DNA of 64,000 nt from an uncultured Brachymonas sp. (GCA_964618495.1 CAZUBE010000006.1:2727-66726); one strand, 5' to 3'; positions 9,767 through 19,531 are shown, counted from the stretch's first letter. Notes: generated by a model not told the origin, from the sequence alone. Translations and numbers: made by a program.

Positions 9767-10430
9767 ATGAAAACATTTAACAATGAAAGATGTTATTATC
9801 TTGATACATTTAACTTATGGGAATGTCTAATTCGCCAAAAAAAGACAATAATCGCTGTATTTACTCTGGTGACAACAATCTCTATTATATATATTACAAG
9901 CCGCCCAACACTCTATCAAAGCCAAGCCAGCGTTATGATTGGAGAGCTGCTTTTTTTTTGAGACACAACCTATAGAAAGTCAAGAATCCATAAAATATCG
10001 CTACTCTACAGTTTTGGAAATAAGACCCATAAAAAATACACGCATTATAGAGGTCATATCCACATCAACAAACTCTGAAGAATCTAAGCATCAAGTAAAT
10101 AATACGATAGAAAAAATTATCAATGAACATGCGTCAATCTTTGATAAAAAAAGATCGGATTTTTTAAAATATGCCAATGAAATCTATAATAAAGACTTGG
10201 CCCCTAACAAAAAAAATATGCTCAACATGCTTGATTCGGCATCTTCTTCTAATGCAACACAGCAAATATCAGAAATAAGTACTACTGAATTTTATTATGG
10301 AGGAAATATTCGATCTAAACTCTCCATCGCCTTTGTATTAGGGCTTAGTCTTTCCCTTGTTTCTGCATTTTTAAAAGATTTTTTCGAAAGCAAAAAACTA
10401 TTTTCAAAAAATCAGTGTCGAATGGATTAA
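9767..10430 (+). pseudogene. Wzz/GumC-like polysaccharide chain-length-determinant gene, frameshifted at a T9 tract (pseudogene, phase-variable allele or sequencing error)
   Basis: RBS GGAG before ATG 9767. N-terminal TM followed by PTLYQSQASVMIG, and a C-terminal TM (IAFVLGLSLSLVSAFL). ORFs 9767-9961 and 9939-10430 fuse into 220 aa if T9 (9951-9959) is T8. About 30% GC in sampled lines. Confidence 0.7.
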
Positions 10431-10459
10431 ACTTTCAAGCCGTAACCCACGCATGTGCT

Positions 10460-10548
10460 TGCGAAAACTTTGTGCCCGCCAGCGACACCGCTACAGCCAA
10501 GCGCAACTACGCCAAAAACAGCAAGTGGACAGGCAAGCGGTTTTAAGC
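10460..10548 (+). repeat. 89-bp direct repeat, copy 2 (orphan duplicate of the CNP1-like 3' end)
   Basis: See copy 1. Runs directly into MITE copy B. Confidence 0.97.
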
Positions 10549-10707
10549 ACGCGCTGATTTGCGCCAGTTTCGTATAAGAACGCAATCGCTCGCCATTCAC
10601 GCGCAGGCGGGAATCTACAGCTATGCCCCTTATACGGATGGATTCCCGCCTGCGCGGGAATGACGGCTTTCTGAACTCTTTCTTGTAAAAAATAAATCGG
10701 CGTTTCT
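10547..10707 (+). mobile_element. MITE/REP-doublet element, copy B (complete, degenerate TIRs)
   Basis: Arms homologous to copy A; REPs at 10591-10616 and 10640-10665. TTAA on both sides (10543-46, 10708-11). Confidence 0.85.
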
Positions 10708-10756
10708 TTAAGAGGTTTTGTTTTTATTTTACGTTATATATACAACTGAGGGCTGT

Positions 10757-11518
10757 ATGGAAGTAATCTTATTAATAGTTGCTGCTTTTGTGGCCATCTT
10801 GGTTTTTGCCATTAATATTGATGACAAAAAACATAAAAGTGAAAAACAAAAAGTTGAAAAATTAACGCAAACAGTAGAACATATTGAGTCTATCATTCTC
10901 CCGCATGCCCGAACGCTTGCCATCAAATGGGATCAGCTGCCCTATAAAGATGATTACGGGAATTACATCTTTGATGATTGGGATAGAGAAGTCGAATATT
11001 TTATTACCAGTGTACTCCTGCAAGATGATGTGGCACGCCAGTTTTTAAATTCAGGGAATTTTGATGTTGATAACCAACGTCTTGCCACTGTAAGGGAAAT
11101 GGTGTCTGATATAGCTCACAAAGAAACTGAAAGAATGCTTGATGCAGCTTCAGATGAATATCTCGACGTTGATACTCTGACAGGCGAAGAATATGAGCGC
11201 TATTGCGCCTCTCTATTGAACAAACACGGATGGGATGCAAACCCCACAACGGCAACGGGCGATCAAGGCATAGACATTATCGGAAAAATAAATGGCATTA
11301 CTGCTGTTTTTCAATGCAAAAGATATTCGCAACCAGTTGGCAATGCCGCAGTGCAAGAAGTAATTGCTGGAAAAACTTTTGCACAAGCCCAATATGCAGC
11401 CGTTGTAAGCAACAGCACGTTTACAAAATCTGCCAGACAATTAGCCGATACAGCCAATGTATATTTACTGCACCATTCAGAACTTGAAGAATTTGCTGAA
11501 ATGATTTTGCCAAAATAA
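10757..11518 (+). CDS. Membrane-anchored Mrr-like (PD-(D/E)xK) restriction endonuclease domain protein
   Basis: GAGGG RBS. N-terminal hydrophobic helix (VILLIVAAFVAILVFAI). C-terminal EEYERYCASLL...GDQGIDII...FQCKRYSQPVGNAAVQEV...SNSTFTKSARQLA is the Mrr catalytic-domain pattern. AT-rich. Confidence 0.85.
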   Translation: MEVILLIVAAFVAILVFAINIDDKKHKSEKQKVEKLTQTVEHIESIILPHARTLAIKWDQLPYKDDYGNYIFDDWDREVEYFITSVLLQDDVARQFLNSGNFDVDNQRLATVREMVSDIAHKETERMLDAASDEYLDVDTLTGEEYERYCASLLNKHGWDANPTTATGDQGIDIIGKINGITAVFQCKRYSQPVGNAAVQEVIAGKTFAQAQYAAVVSNSTFTKSARQLADTANVYLLHHSELEEFAEMILPK

Positions 11519-11526
11519 TAATTTCG

Positions 11527-11665
11527 GGATGCGCTAACTTGTTTTTCATGCAAGAAAAAGCTCCGCACGTTGTCATTCCCGCGCAGGCGGGAATCTACTC
11601 GCATAAGGGGCGCAGCTGTGGATTCCCGCCTGCGCGGGAATGACGGTTTTCTGCATTCTTTCTTA
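11527..11665 (-). mobile_element. MITE/REP-doublet element, copy C (inverted, hybrid, one end truncated)
   Basis: Reverse-complement right arm at 11527-11570, REP doublet at about 11572-11644 with an inverted spacer, then a truncated forward right arm. Confidence 0.8.
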
Positions 11666-11797
11666 ACTGTGCGGATGTGCAAGTCACCCGCGCTATGTCT
11701 CCCACGCTACGCTTGCTGACCCAACTCACAGGCCTATGAACGATGCTGCAAGCTAGCTTCTTGCCAAGCCATACCCAAGCGGCACGCACCCCACCGA

Positions 11798-12484
11798 TTA
11801 CACCAACGGCATTAACCCACTTTGCGCCATAGAGGTGGTACGGCCTTGCGCCACGATGAGGTGGTCGAGCACGGCTATTTCTAGCAAGCCCAGTGCTTGT
11901 TGCAAGTGGCGGGTAAGGGCTATATCGGCAGATGAAGGCTCGGCGCAGCCGCTGGGGTGGTTGTGAGCCAGTAGCACGCTGGCGGCGTGGTGGTGCAGGG
12001 CGCGGCGGGCTACTTCGCGGGGGTAGACGCTGGTTTGGTTGAGGGTGCCGGTAAAGAGTGTTTCCATGCAGATAAGCTGGTGCTGGGAGTCGAGAAACAG
12101 CACGGCAAAACACTCGTGTGGCAAGTGTGCAAGGTGCATTTGCGCGTATTGGGCGGCAAGCTCGGGCTGGTTAAGGTGGGGGCGCTGTTGCATTTGCTGG
12201 GTGATGGCACGGCGAGCCAGCTCCATTACGGCTAATAGCTCAGCGCGTTTGGCTGTGCCGCCCAGCCCTTTGATGTTTTTGAGTTGCTCGGCGCTGGCAT
12301 TGAGCAAACCCGCCATGCCGCCGCAGTGCTCAAGCACTTCTTGCGCCATGATGAGGACGTTGCGGCCTGCTGTGCCTGTGCGTAGCAGCAAGGCGAGTAG
12401 CTCGGCATCGCTCAGCGCCGCTGCGCCGCGTGCCAGCAGTTTTTCGCGTGGCATGGCTTCTGTGGGGATGTGTTTGATTGCCAT
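11798..12484 (-). CDS. radC: RadC-family JAB/MPN domain protein
   Basis: [32 protein letters not shown] and AHNHPSG...PSSAD...LDHLIV. Confidence 0.95.
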   Translation of the reverse strand: MAIKHIPTEAMPREKLLARGAAALSDAELLALLLRTGTAGRNVLIMAQEVLEHCGGMAGLLNASAEQLKNIKGLGGTAKRAELLAVMELARRAITQQMQQRPHLNQPELAAQYAQMHLAHLPHECFAVLFLDSQHQLICMETLFTGTLNQTSVYPREVARRALHHHAASVLLAHNHPSGCAEPSSADIALTRHLQQALGLLEIAVLDHLIVAQGRTTSMAQSGLMPLV

Positions 12485-12545
12485 AGTTAAAACCCGTTTT
12501 ACCAAATCTTCGCCAGATGTTTACCAGATGTTTGCTCAATGGCTA

Positions 12546-13031
12546 TTAGCCGCCCTTGGCATTGGCACTGCCCGCAAAGCCGCATTGCCGCCATGCTTCA
12601 AACACGACTACGGCTACGGCGTTTGACAAATTGAGACTGCGCTGCTCGGGAAGCATGGGCAGGCGCAGGCGCTGCGCGGGGGCAATGCTTTCGCGCACTG
12701 CGGGCGGCAAGCCAGCGCTTTCGCGGCCAAACAGCAACCAGTCGCCAGGCTGGAAACAGGTTTGGTGCACATGCTGCTGGCCTTTGGTGGTGAGGGCAAA
12801 CAGGCGCTGCGGGTTGGGTTGGGCAGTATCGAGAAAAGCCTGCCAGTTGGCGTGCCGCTGTACGCTGGCGTATTCGTGGTAGTCAAGACCAGCGCGGCGC
12901 ATTTGCTTGTCTTGCATGTCAAAGCCCAAGGGTTCTATCAAGTGCAGGGTGCAGCCCGTGTTGGCCGCAAGGCGAATGATGTTGCCGGTATTGGGCGGTA
13001 TTTCCGGCTGGTAGAGGATGATGTTAAACAT
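12546..13031 (-). CDS. trmL: tRNA (cytidine/uridine-34 2'-O)-methyltransferase (SPOUT)
   Basis: EIPPNTGNIIRL, RRAGLDYHE, FGRESAGLP and RSLNLSNAVAV. Confidence 0.97.
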   Translation of the reverse strand: MFNIILYQPEIPPNTGNIIRLAANTGCTLHLIEPLGFDMQDKQMRRAGLDYHEYASVQRHANWQAFLDTAQPNPQRLFALTTKGQQHVHQTCFQPGDWLLFGRESAGLPPAVRESIAPAQRLRLPMLPEQRSLNLSNAVAVVVFEAWRQCGFAGSANAKGG

Positions 13032-13121
13032 GGTGCGGCGCAGTGTAGCGCGTGTGCAGTGCTTATGGGCGCGTATGGGTGCGTGTGATTCCGATTCCAG
13101 ACAAAAAATGCACTAGATTTC

Positions 13122-13149
13122 CGTCATTTCCGCTTAGGCGGGAATGACG
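13122..13149. repeat. Collapsed single REP palindrome, copy D (remnant)
   Basis: CGTCATTTCCGCTTAGGCGGGAATGACG, with weak left-arm-like sequence upstream. Confidence 0.75.
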
Positions 13150-13294
13150 CTATGTGCGTAAAGCAAGGCTCTGCGCGGGGATAGCAGTTATTGTTTTTGA
13201 AGGTGGAAATGGAATAAGTGGCGTGCATGCGCTGCACGCGGCTGCCTTGTAGCCATGTGCTGGCTTGGGGCTGCCGCAAGGCGCTATCACAGCT

Positions 13295-14173
13295 TTAGGC
13301 CAGTGCGCGTTTACGCAACTCCATCATGCGCCAGACAAAGGGCGTAAAGATGAGCTGCATGGCGAGCTCCATTTTGCCGCCGGGTACAACGATGGTGTTG
13401 GCACGGCTCATGTAGCTGTCATGAATCATCGAAAGCAGATAGGGGAAGTCGATGCCTTTGGGGTTGGCAAAGCGGATAACAACCATGCTTTCGTCAGCGC
13501 TGGGGATGTCTTTAGCGATGAAGGGGTTGGAAGTATCAACCACCGGCACGCGCTGGAAATTGACGTGCGTACGCGAGAATTGCGGGCAGATGACGTTTAC
13601 ATAGTCGGGCATGCGACGCAGAATGGTGTCGGTTACGGCTTCGCTGCTGTAGCCGCGCAGTTTTTGGTCGCGCCAGAGTTTTTGTATCCACTCAAGGTTG
13701 ATGACAGGTACTACACCAATCAGCAAATCGGGGTATTGGGCGATGTTGATTTCTGGCGTGACGACACCACCATGCAGGCCTTCGTAGAAGAGGATGTCGG
13801 TATCTGCAGGCAGGTCTTGCCACTCGGTAAAGGTGCCGGGCTCTTGCTTGTAGGGTGCGGCTTCGCCAGCGTCGTGCAGGTAGCGGCGCGCCCTGCCCTG
13901 CCCAGTTTCGGCGTAAGAGGCAAACAGGGCTTGCAATTCGTCAAGCAGGTTGTTGTCCAGACCAAAATGGCTGAAGTGTGCATTGCCCTGCTGCTCGGCC
14001 TGCGCCTGCATGACCTTCATTTCCTTGCGGTTGTAGCGGTGAAAGCTGTCGCCTTCGATATTGGCCGCTTTGACTCCTTCGCGATTAAAAATGCCCGCAA
14101 AGGTGCGCGTAACGGTAGTTGTGCCTGCACCAGAAGAACCTGTGATGGCAATGATGGGGTGACGTTCAGACAT
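13295..14173 (-). CDS. prk: Phosphoribulokinase (class I, proteobacterial)
   Basis: IIAITGSSGAGTTT, EGDSFHRY, FYEGLHG and DTILRRMPDYV. Confidence 0.98.
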   Translation of the reverse strand: MSERHPIIAITGSSGAGTTTVTRTFAGIFNREGVKAANIEGDSFHRYNRKEMKVMQAQAEQQGNAHFSHFGLDNNLLDELQALFASYAETGQGRARRYLHDAGEAAPYKQEPGTFTEWQDLPADTDILFYEGLHGGVVTPEINIAQYPDLLIGVVPVINLEWIQKLWRDQKLRGYSSEAVTDTILRRMPDYVNVICPQFSRTHVNFQRVPVVDTSNPFIAKDIPSADESMVVIRFANPKGIDFPYLLSMIHDSYMSRANTIVVPGGKMELAMQLIFTPFVWRMMELRKRALA

Positions 14174-14241
14174 GGTTCGGTGTCCTTATGGAATGGTTAA
14201 AAAAACGTGTAGCACCTGCCCCAAAAGCAGGTTGCTGTGTA

Positions 14242-15363
14242 TCAGTGCCTAAACAGGCCGCGCTGTGCAAACAGCGGGTTGTGCAGCTCACATTGCGATT
14301 TTTCAGTGTGGTAGCGCTCAATACGCTCCACTTCATTTTTTGAGCCAAACACCAGCCCGATGCGTTGATGCAGCGATTCGGGCTGCACTTGCAAAATAGG
14401 GCAACGGCCTGTAGAGGCACGGCCACCAGCCTGCTCGATGATGAAGCCGATCGGGTTGGCCTCGTAGAGCAGGCGCAGACGGCCGGGTTTGCAGGGGTCT
14501 TTGGTGTCGCGCGGGTACATGAATACGCCGCCACGCATCAAAATACGATGCGCTTCAGCCACCATGCTGGCAATCCACCGCATATTGAAGTCTTTGCCGC
14601 GTGTGCCGGTTTTGCCTGCCAGACATTCATCTACATAGCGTTTAACGGGCGCTTCCCAAAAGCGGGCATTGCTGGCGTTGATGGCAAATTCTTGTGTATC
14701 GGGCGGTATGACCATATTGGGGTGGGTGAGCATGAACTGGCTCAGGTTGGGGTCAAGTGTGAAGCCGACCACGCCACGCCCCACGCTTAAGACCAGCATG
14801 GTGGTGGGGCCATACAGGGCGTAGCCTGCAGCAACCTGCTCGCAGCCGGGCTGCAAAAAGTCGGCAGCTACTACGTCGCGGCCGCTGTCAATCACTTCTT
14901 GCGGGGCGCGCAGAACCGAGAAGATACTGCCTACGGTAACGTTTACGTCGATATTGCTGGAGCCATCAAGCGGATCAAATACCAGCAGGTATTTACCACG
15001 TACCTGTCCTTCTGGGATTTGGTAGGGGTGCTCCATTTCTTCAGATGCCATGCCTGCCAAATGACCGCCCCAGTCGTTCATTTGGGTGAAGTATTCGTTG
15101 CTGATGACATCAAGCTCTTTTTGCTCTTCGCCCTGTATATTGACACCCGTTTGCACACAGTCTATGCCAGCAGTGGCATCCATGCTATTGATGGGCTGCC
15201 CGGGCATGGCGCCCAGCTTGCCAAAGGCGACCGCACGCGAAATGGCTTTGCAGGCCAGAGCCACATCGTGCATCAAGGCGTTAAAGGTACCGCTGGCATG
15301 TGGAAAGTGCTTGCGGTTATCAATCAAGTATTGCGTAAAAGTAATGCGGCGGTGCAGTGGCAT
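14242..15363 (-). CDS. fbp: Fructose-1,6-bisphosphatase class 1 (CbbF type)
   Basis: [34 protein letters not shown] and [11 protein letters not shown]. Confidence 0.97.
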   Translation of the reverse strand: MPLHRRITFTQYLIDNRKHFPHASGTFNALMHDVALACKAISRAVAFGKLGAMPGQPINSMDATAGIDCVQTGVNIQGEEQKELDVISNEYFTQMNDWGGHLAGMASEEMEHPYQIPEGQVRGKYLLVFDPLDGSSNIDVNVTVGSIFSVLRAPQEVIDSGRDVVAADFLQPGCEQVAAGYALYGPTTMLVLSVGRGVVGFTLDPNLSQFMLTHPNMVIPPDTQEFAINASNARFWEAPVKRYVDECLAGKTGTRGKDFNMRWIASMVAEAHRILMRGGVFMYPRDTKDPCKPGRLRLLYEANPIGFIIEQAGGRASTGRCPILQVQPESLHQRIGLVFGSKNEVERIERYHTEKSQCELHNPLFAQRGLFRH

Positions 15364-15448
15364 GGCGGGCTTTCTGGGACAAGGTTAAAAAACTTTGGCA
15401 GCTTGCAACAGAGCTGTAGATACGGGCGCAGGTACGCGGCAAACGGGC

Positions 15449-16150
15449 TTATGCCGCAGCAGGCGCGGCGGCTGCTTGGCGCAACGACTGCATGACGGAG
15501 CGGTAACCACCATCAGCATCGGGGGCGCCAAACACAGCACTGCCGGCAACAAAGGTATCTGCACCAGCGGCAGCTATTGCGCCGATATTGCTGACCTTGA
15601 CGCCGCCATCGACTTCCAGCCAGATGGGCTGACCACCATCGGCCATATAGGCATCAATGCGGCGGCGCGCCTCGCGCAGCTTGGGCAAAGCGCTGGGTAT
15701 GAACGATTGGCCACCAAAGCCCGGGTTGACGCTCATCAGCAGCACAATATCGAGCTTGTCCATGATGTGATCCATCCACTGCAAGGGGCTGGCAGGGGTG
15801 AGCACAATGCCTGCCTTGCAGCCGTGGTCGCGTATCAGTTGCAGTGTGCGGTCAACATGGCGGCTGGCTTCAGGGTGAAAGGTGATGATGTTGGCACCAG
15901 CCTTGGCAAACATGGGGATAAGGCTATCGACAGGCTCAACCATCAGGTGCACATCAATAGGAATTTGCACATGCGGACGGATGGCCTCACACACCAAGGG
16001 GCCGATGGTAAGGTTGGGCACGTAGTGGTTGTCCATCACATCAAAATGCACCAGATCACAACCAGCAGCTTCAATGGCACGCACTTCTTCGCCCAAGCGG
16101 GCAAAATCGGCAGAGAGGATAGAGGGTGCAAGGCGGACAGGTTGGTTCAT
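15449..16150 (-). CDS. rpe: Ribulose-phosphate 3-epimerase
   Basis: [40 protein letters not shown] and EVDGG. Confidence 0.98.
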   Translation of the reverse strand: MNQPVRLAPSILSADFARLGEEVRAIEAAGCDLVHFDVMDNHYVPNLTIGPLVCEAIRPHVQIPIDVHLMVEPVDSLIPMFAKAGANIITFHPEASRHVDRTLQLIRDHGCKAGIVLTPASPLQWMDHIMDKLDIVLLMSVNPGFGGQSFIPSALPKLREARRRIDAYMADGGQPIWLEVDGGVKVSNIGAIAAAGADTFVAGSAVFGAPDADGGYRSVMQSLRQAAAAPAAA

Positions 16151-16211
16151 GGTGAATAAAAGACAGACGAAAGTTAAAAAAGGCCAAAAACAATCAACGG
16201 CAACTATGGCA

Positions 16212-16946
16212 TCATGCTGCGGGCTCTGGCAAAGGCTCTGCCTCATGCCAAGCACGCAATTGCTCAAGCGTTACGCCAGCAAGACTGGGCAACACCCGCA
16301 AAGCGCCTGTAAAGTCATGCTTAACAGTAAAACGGTTGCAAGTCACTACCGTGTGCAAGCCTGCAGCCAGAGCAGATCTCAGGCCGTTGGCCGAATCTTC
16401 AAATGCCAAGCAGGCACTGGCAGGCAATTTAAGCTGTGCCAATGTTTGCAGGTAAACCTGCGGATGCGGTTTTTTGTGCGGCGCAGTACTGGCATCTTCA
16501 ATCACTGCAAAATTCTCCTGCCACGCTTCGCCCAAGGCATGGCGCAACAAAGCCACAATGTTGACAGGCGATGTGGTGGTAGCAATGGCCAGCGTCAAGC
16601 CGGCAGCACGTGCCTCTTGCAACAAATCAAGTGCGCCGATACGCAGTTTCACCTCGCCTTGCTGTACAGCCTGCTCGTAATACGCTGTTTTTATGGAGTG
16701 CAGTCGCAATACCGTATCTCGCACACCTGCGCCCAAATCAACCAAATCAGGCTGAATGCTTTTCCAGTAATGCAAGATACGCTCTTTGCCGCCTGATATT
16801 TCAAGCAGCTTGGTGTATTCAGTTTCGCTCCAGTGCCAGTCCAGACCTTCTTCGGCGAAGGCCTGATTGAAAGCGGCCAGATGCGCTGACTCAGTGTCTG
16901 CCAAGGTGCCGTCTACGTCAAAAATAAGTGCCTGTAACATGGACAT
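16212..16946 (-). CDS. cbbY: CbbY HAD-family phosphatase
   Basis: [27 protein letters not shown] and FEDS; located in the cbb cluster. Confidence 0.9.
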   Translation of the reverse strand: MSMLQALIFDVDGTLADTESAHLAAFNQAFAEEGLDWHWSETEYTKLLEISGGKERILHYWKSIQPDLVDLGAGVRDTVLRLHSIKTAYYEQAVQQGEVKLRIGALDLLQEARAAGLTLAIATTTSPVNIVALLRHALGEAWQENFAVIEDASTAPHKKPHPQVYLQTLAQLKLPASACLAFEDSANGLRSALAAGLHTVVTCNRFTVKHDFTGALRVLPSLAGVTLEQLRAWHEAEPLPEPAA

Positions 16947-17088
16947 GGTATTGCTGAATAAGAAAAAAATTGTGATTTAAAACGTGGCGTGCATTGCTTA
17001 CCTACACGGTACCAACTGTAGTTGGGTAAAATCATCAAAACAAGTCATGTTTTCTATTTTATACATCAATAATTTCTGATACTTAATA

Positions 17089-18000
17089 GTGCGCAACTAC
17101 ACCTTAAAGCAAATTCAGACCTTTATTGAGGTAACCCGCCAAGGCTCTGTATCTAAAGCGGCCGAGAAACTGTGCGTAACGCAACCAGCCGTTTCCATGC
17201 ATATTCGCCAGCTTGAAGAGGCTTTTGGTGTAGCCCTGTTTGAAGCACAAGGCAGAGGTATCAGGCTCACCGATGCTGGGCGCACTTTTGCAGGACGCGC
17301 CATTACGGTAATGGCCGAGCTGCACGAACTCGAATCGCTGATGGCGGAATATGCCGGCGCAAAAAAAGGCCGTATCGCGCTAGCAGTTGTGAGCACAGCC
17401 AAGTATTTTGTTCCCATGCTGCTGGTACGCTTTGCACGCCTGTACCCGGATATTGACGTAGTGCTGCACATCGAAAACCGCGAAAGCGTACTGGGCTTGC
17501 TTGAGCGCAGCGAAGCCGATCTGGTCATCATGGGGCGTGCGCCGCGCAACATAACGACCGAGGCCGTAGCTTTTGCTACCAACCCCATGGGCATTATTGC
17601 GGCTCCCACCCATGCCCTGGCCACACGCAAAAACCTGCCATTTTCCGCAATGGCAGACTATGCTTTTGTCATGCGCGAATCGGGCTCGGGCACACGCGCC
17701 GCCATGGAGCGCCTGTTTGCCCAGCATGAAGTGCCGCTGAAAGTGGCTATGGAAATGCCCAGCAACGAAACCATCAAGCAAGCTGTGATGGCAGGCATGG
17801 GCTTGAGCTTTCTATCCATGCGCACGGTACGCCAAGAGCTGGCTGGCGGTCATCTGGTTCAGCTTGATATCAACGGCATGCCTATCATTGGCCAATGGTT
17901 TGTTACCCATATGGCAAGTAAAACGCTTTCGCCTGCTGCGCGTGCATTCAAGGCCTTTCTTATCGAGCAAGGTGGCGCATTGATGGACTCGTTTATATAA
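17089..18000 (+). CDS. cbbR: LysR-type Calvin-cycle regulator CbbR
   Basis: GTG start, LysR HTH (SKAAEKLCVTQPAVS), STAKYFVP, RESGSGTR and SNETIKQAVMAGMG. Confidence 0.93.
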   Translation: MRNYTLKQIQTFIEVTRQGSVSKAAEKLCVTQPAVSMHIRQLEEAFGVALFEAQGRGIRLTDAGRTFAGRAITVMAELHELESLMAEYAGAKKGRIALAVVSTAKYFVPMLLVRFARLYPDIDVVLHIENRESVLGLLERSEADLVIMGRAPRNITTEAVAFATNPMGIIAAPTHALATRKNLPFSAMADYAFVMRESGSGTRAAMERLFAQHEVPLKVAMEMPSNETIKQAVMAGMGLSFLSMRTVRQELAGGHLVQLDINGMPIIGQWFVTHMASKTLSPAARAFKAFLIEQGGALMDSFI

Positions 18001-18001
18001 A

Positions 18002-18041
18002 TAAAAAGTGATGATTTGCGCTGCAGAATAAATTTATCTGA
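18002..18041 (+). promoter_or_regulatory. Putative CbbR (LysR T-N11-A) boxes upstream of cbbM
   Basis: TAA-N7-TGA at 18002-18014 and again at 18029-18041. Confidence 0.5.
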
Positions 18042-18110
18042 TAGGTAAGACTGGTTACAGTAGCGGCAGATTCACTCACCCCCCAACCATGCAGACAAAG
18101 GAGATACTCC

Positions 18111-19490
18111 ATGGATCAATCCCAACGCTACGCCGACCTGAGCCTGAAAGAAGCAGACCTGATCGCAGGTGGCCGCCATATTCTGTGTGCCTACAAAATG
18201 AAACCCAAAAGCGGCAGCTATCTGGAAGCAGCAGCCCACTTTGCGGCTGAATCATCCACTGGCACCAACGTAGAAGTCTCCACCACCGACGACTTCACCA
18301 AAGGCGTAGATGCGCTGGTTTACTACATTGACGAAGCCAGCGAAGACATGCGCATTGCCTACCCGCTAGACTTGTTTGACCGCAACATGATTGATGGCCG
18401 CATGATGCTGGCCAGCTTCCTGACGCTGACCATTGGCAACAACCAAGGCATGGGCGATATCGAGCACGCCAAGATGATTGATTTCTACATGCCTCGCCGC
18501 GCCATTGAGCTATTTGACGGCCCCGCCAAAGACATTTCTGACTTGTGGCGCATTCTGGGTCGCCCCGTGAAAGACGGCGGCTACATCAGCGGCACCATCA
18601 TCAAGCCCAAGCTGGGCTTGCGCCCCGAGCCGTTTGCCAAGGCGGCTTATGAATTTTGGCTGGGTGGCGACTTCATCAAAAACGACGAACCACAAGGCAA
18701 CCAGGTTTTTGCCCCCATGAAAAAAACCATCCCGCTGGTAGCCGATGCCATGAAGCGCGCCATGGATGAAACTGGCGAAGCCAAGCTTTTTTCTGCCAAT
18801 ATCACCGCCGACGACCACTACGAAATGCTGGCACGCGGCGAATTTATTCTCGAAGCCTTTGGCGCAGATGCCGACAAAGTGGCATTTCTGGTTGATGGCT
18901 ACGTAGGCGGCCCAGGCATGATTACCACTGCGCGGCGCAACTTCCCCAACCAATACCTGCACTACCACCGCGCAGGCCACGGCGCTGTAACCAGCCCCAG
19001 CAGCAAGCGCGGCTACACCGCCTATGTACTGGCCAAAATGAGCCGTCTGCAAGGGGCAAGCGGCATCCACGTCGGCACTATGGGCTACGGCAAGATGGAA
19101 GGCGAGAAAGACGACCGCGCCATTGCCTACATCATCGAGCGCGACAGCTACACCGGCCCCATCTACCACCAAGAATGGTACGGCATGAAGCCCACCACCC
19201 CCATCATCAGCGGCGGCATGAATGCACTGCGCCTGCCCGGTTTCTTCCAGAATCTGGGGCATGGCAACGTGATTAACACCGCTGGCGGCGGCAGCTACGG
19301 CCACATCGACAGCCCCGCAGCAGGCGCACGCTCACTACGCCAAGCCTACGAATGCTGGAAAGCAGGCGCAGACCCCATCGCATGGGCCAAACAGCACCGC
19401 GAATTTGCCCGCGCCTTTGCCAGCTTCCCCGCTGATGCCGACAAGCTCTACCCCGGCTGGCGCGAGCAACTGGGCGCTGCAGCGCAATAA
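18111..19490 (+). CDS. cbbM: RuBisCO form II large subunit
   Basis: [10 protein letters not shown] start, [20 protein letters not shown] (carbamylated Lys motif), HYHRAGHG and SGGMN; 459 aa; no small-subunit gene. Confidence 0.98.
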   Translation: MDQSQRYADLSLKEADLIAGGRHILCAYKMKPKSGSYLEAAAHFAAESSTGTNVEVSTTDDFTKGVDALVYYIDEASEDMRIAYPLDLFDRNMIDGRMMLASFLTLTIGNNQGMGDIEHAKMIDFYMPRRAIELFDGPAKDISDLWRILGRPVKDGGYISGTIIKPKLGLRPEPFAKAAYEFWLGGDFIKNDEPQGNQVFAPMKKTIPLVADAMKRAMDETGEAKLFSANITADDHYEMLARGEFILEAFGADADKVAFLVDGYVGGPGMITTARRNFPNQYLHYHRAGHGAVTSPSSKRGYTAYVLAKMSRLQGASGIHVGTMGYGKMEGEKDDRAIAYIIERDSYTGPIYHQEWYGMKPTTPIISGGMNALRLPGFFQNLGHGNVINTAGGGSYGHIDSPAAGARSLRQAYECWKAGADPIAWAKQHREFARAFASFPADADKLYPGWREQLGAAAQ

Positions 19491-19531
19491 ACGCCGCGAA
19501 AACCGCTCAAGCCGCTAAAACCAAAAGCTTA

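Noticed and set aside
13265-14200. 311-aa plus-strand ORF
   Set aside because: Antisense shadow of prk.
18195-18235. Apparent one-residue deletion in the CbbM N-terminal loop (KSGSY vs the KAGYGY I recall)
   Set aside because: Away from catalytic motifs, all of which are intact; cannot be judged without an alignment.
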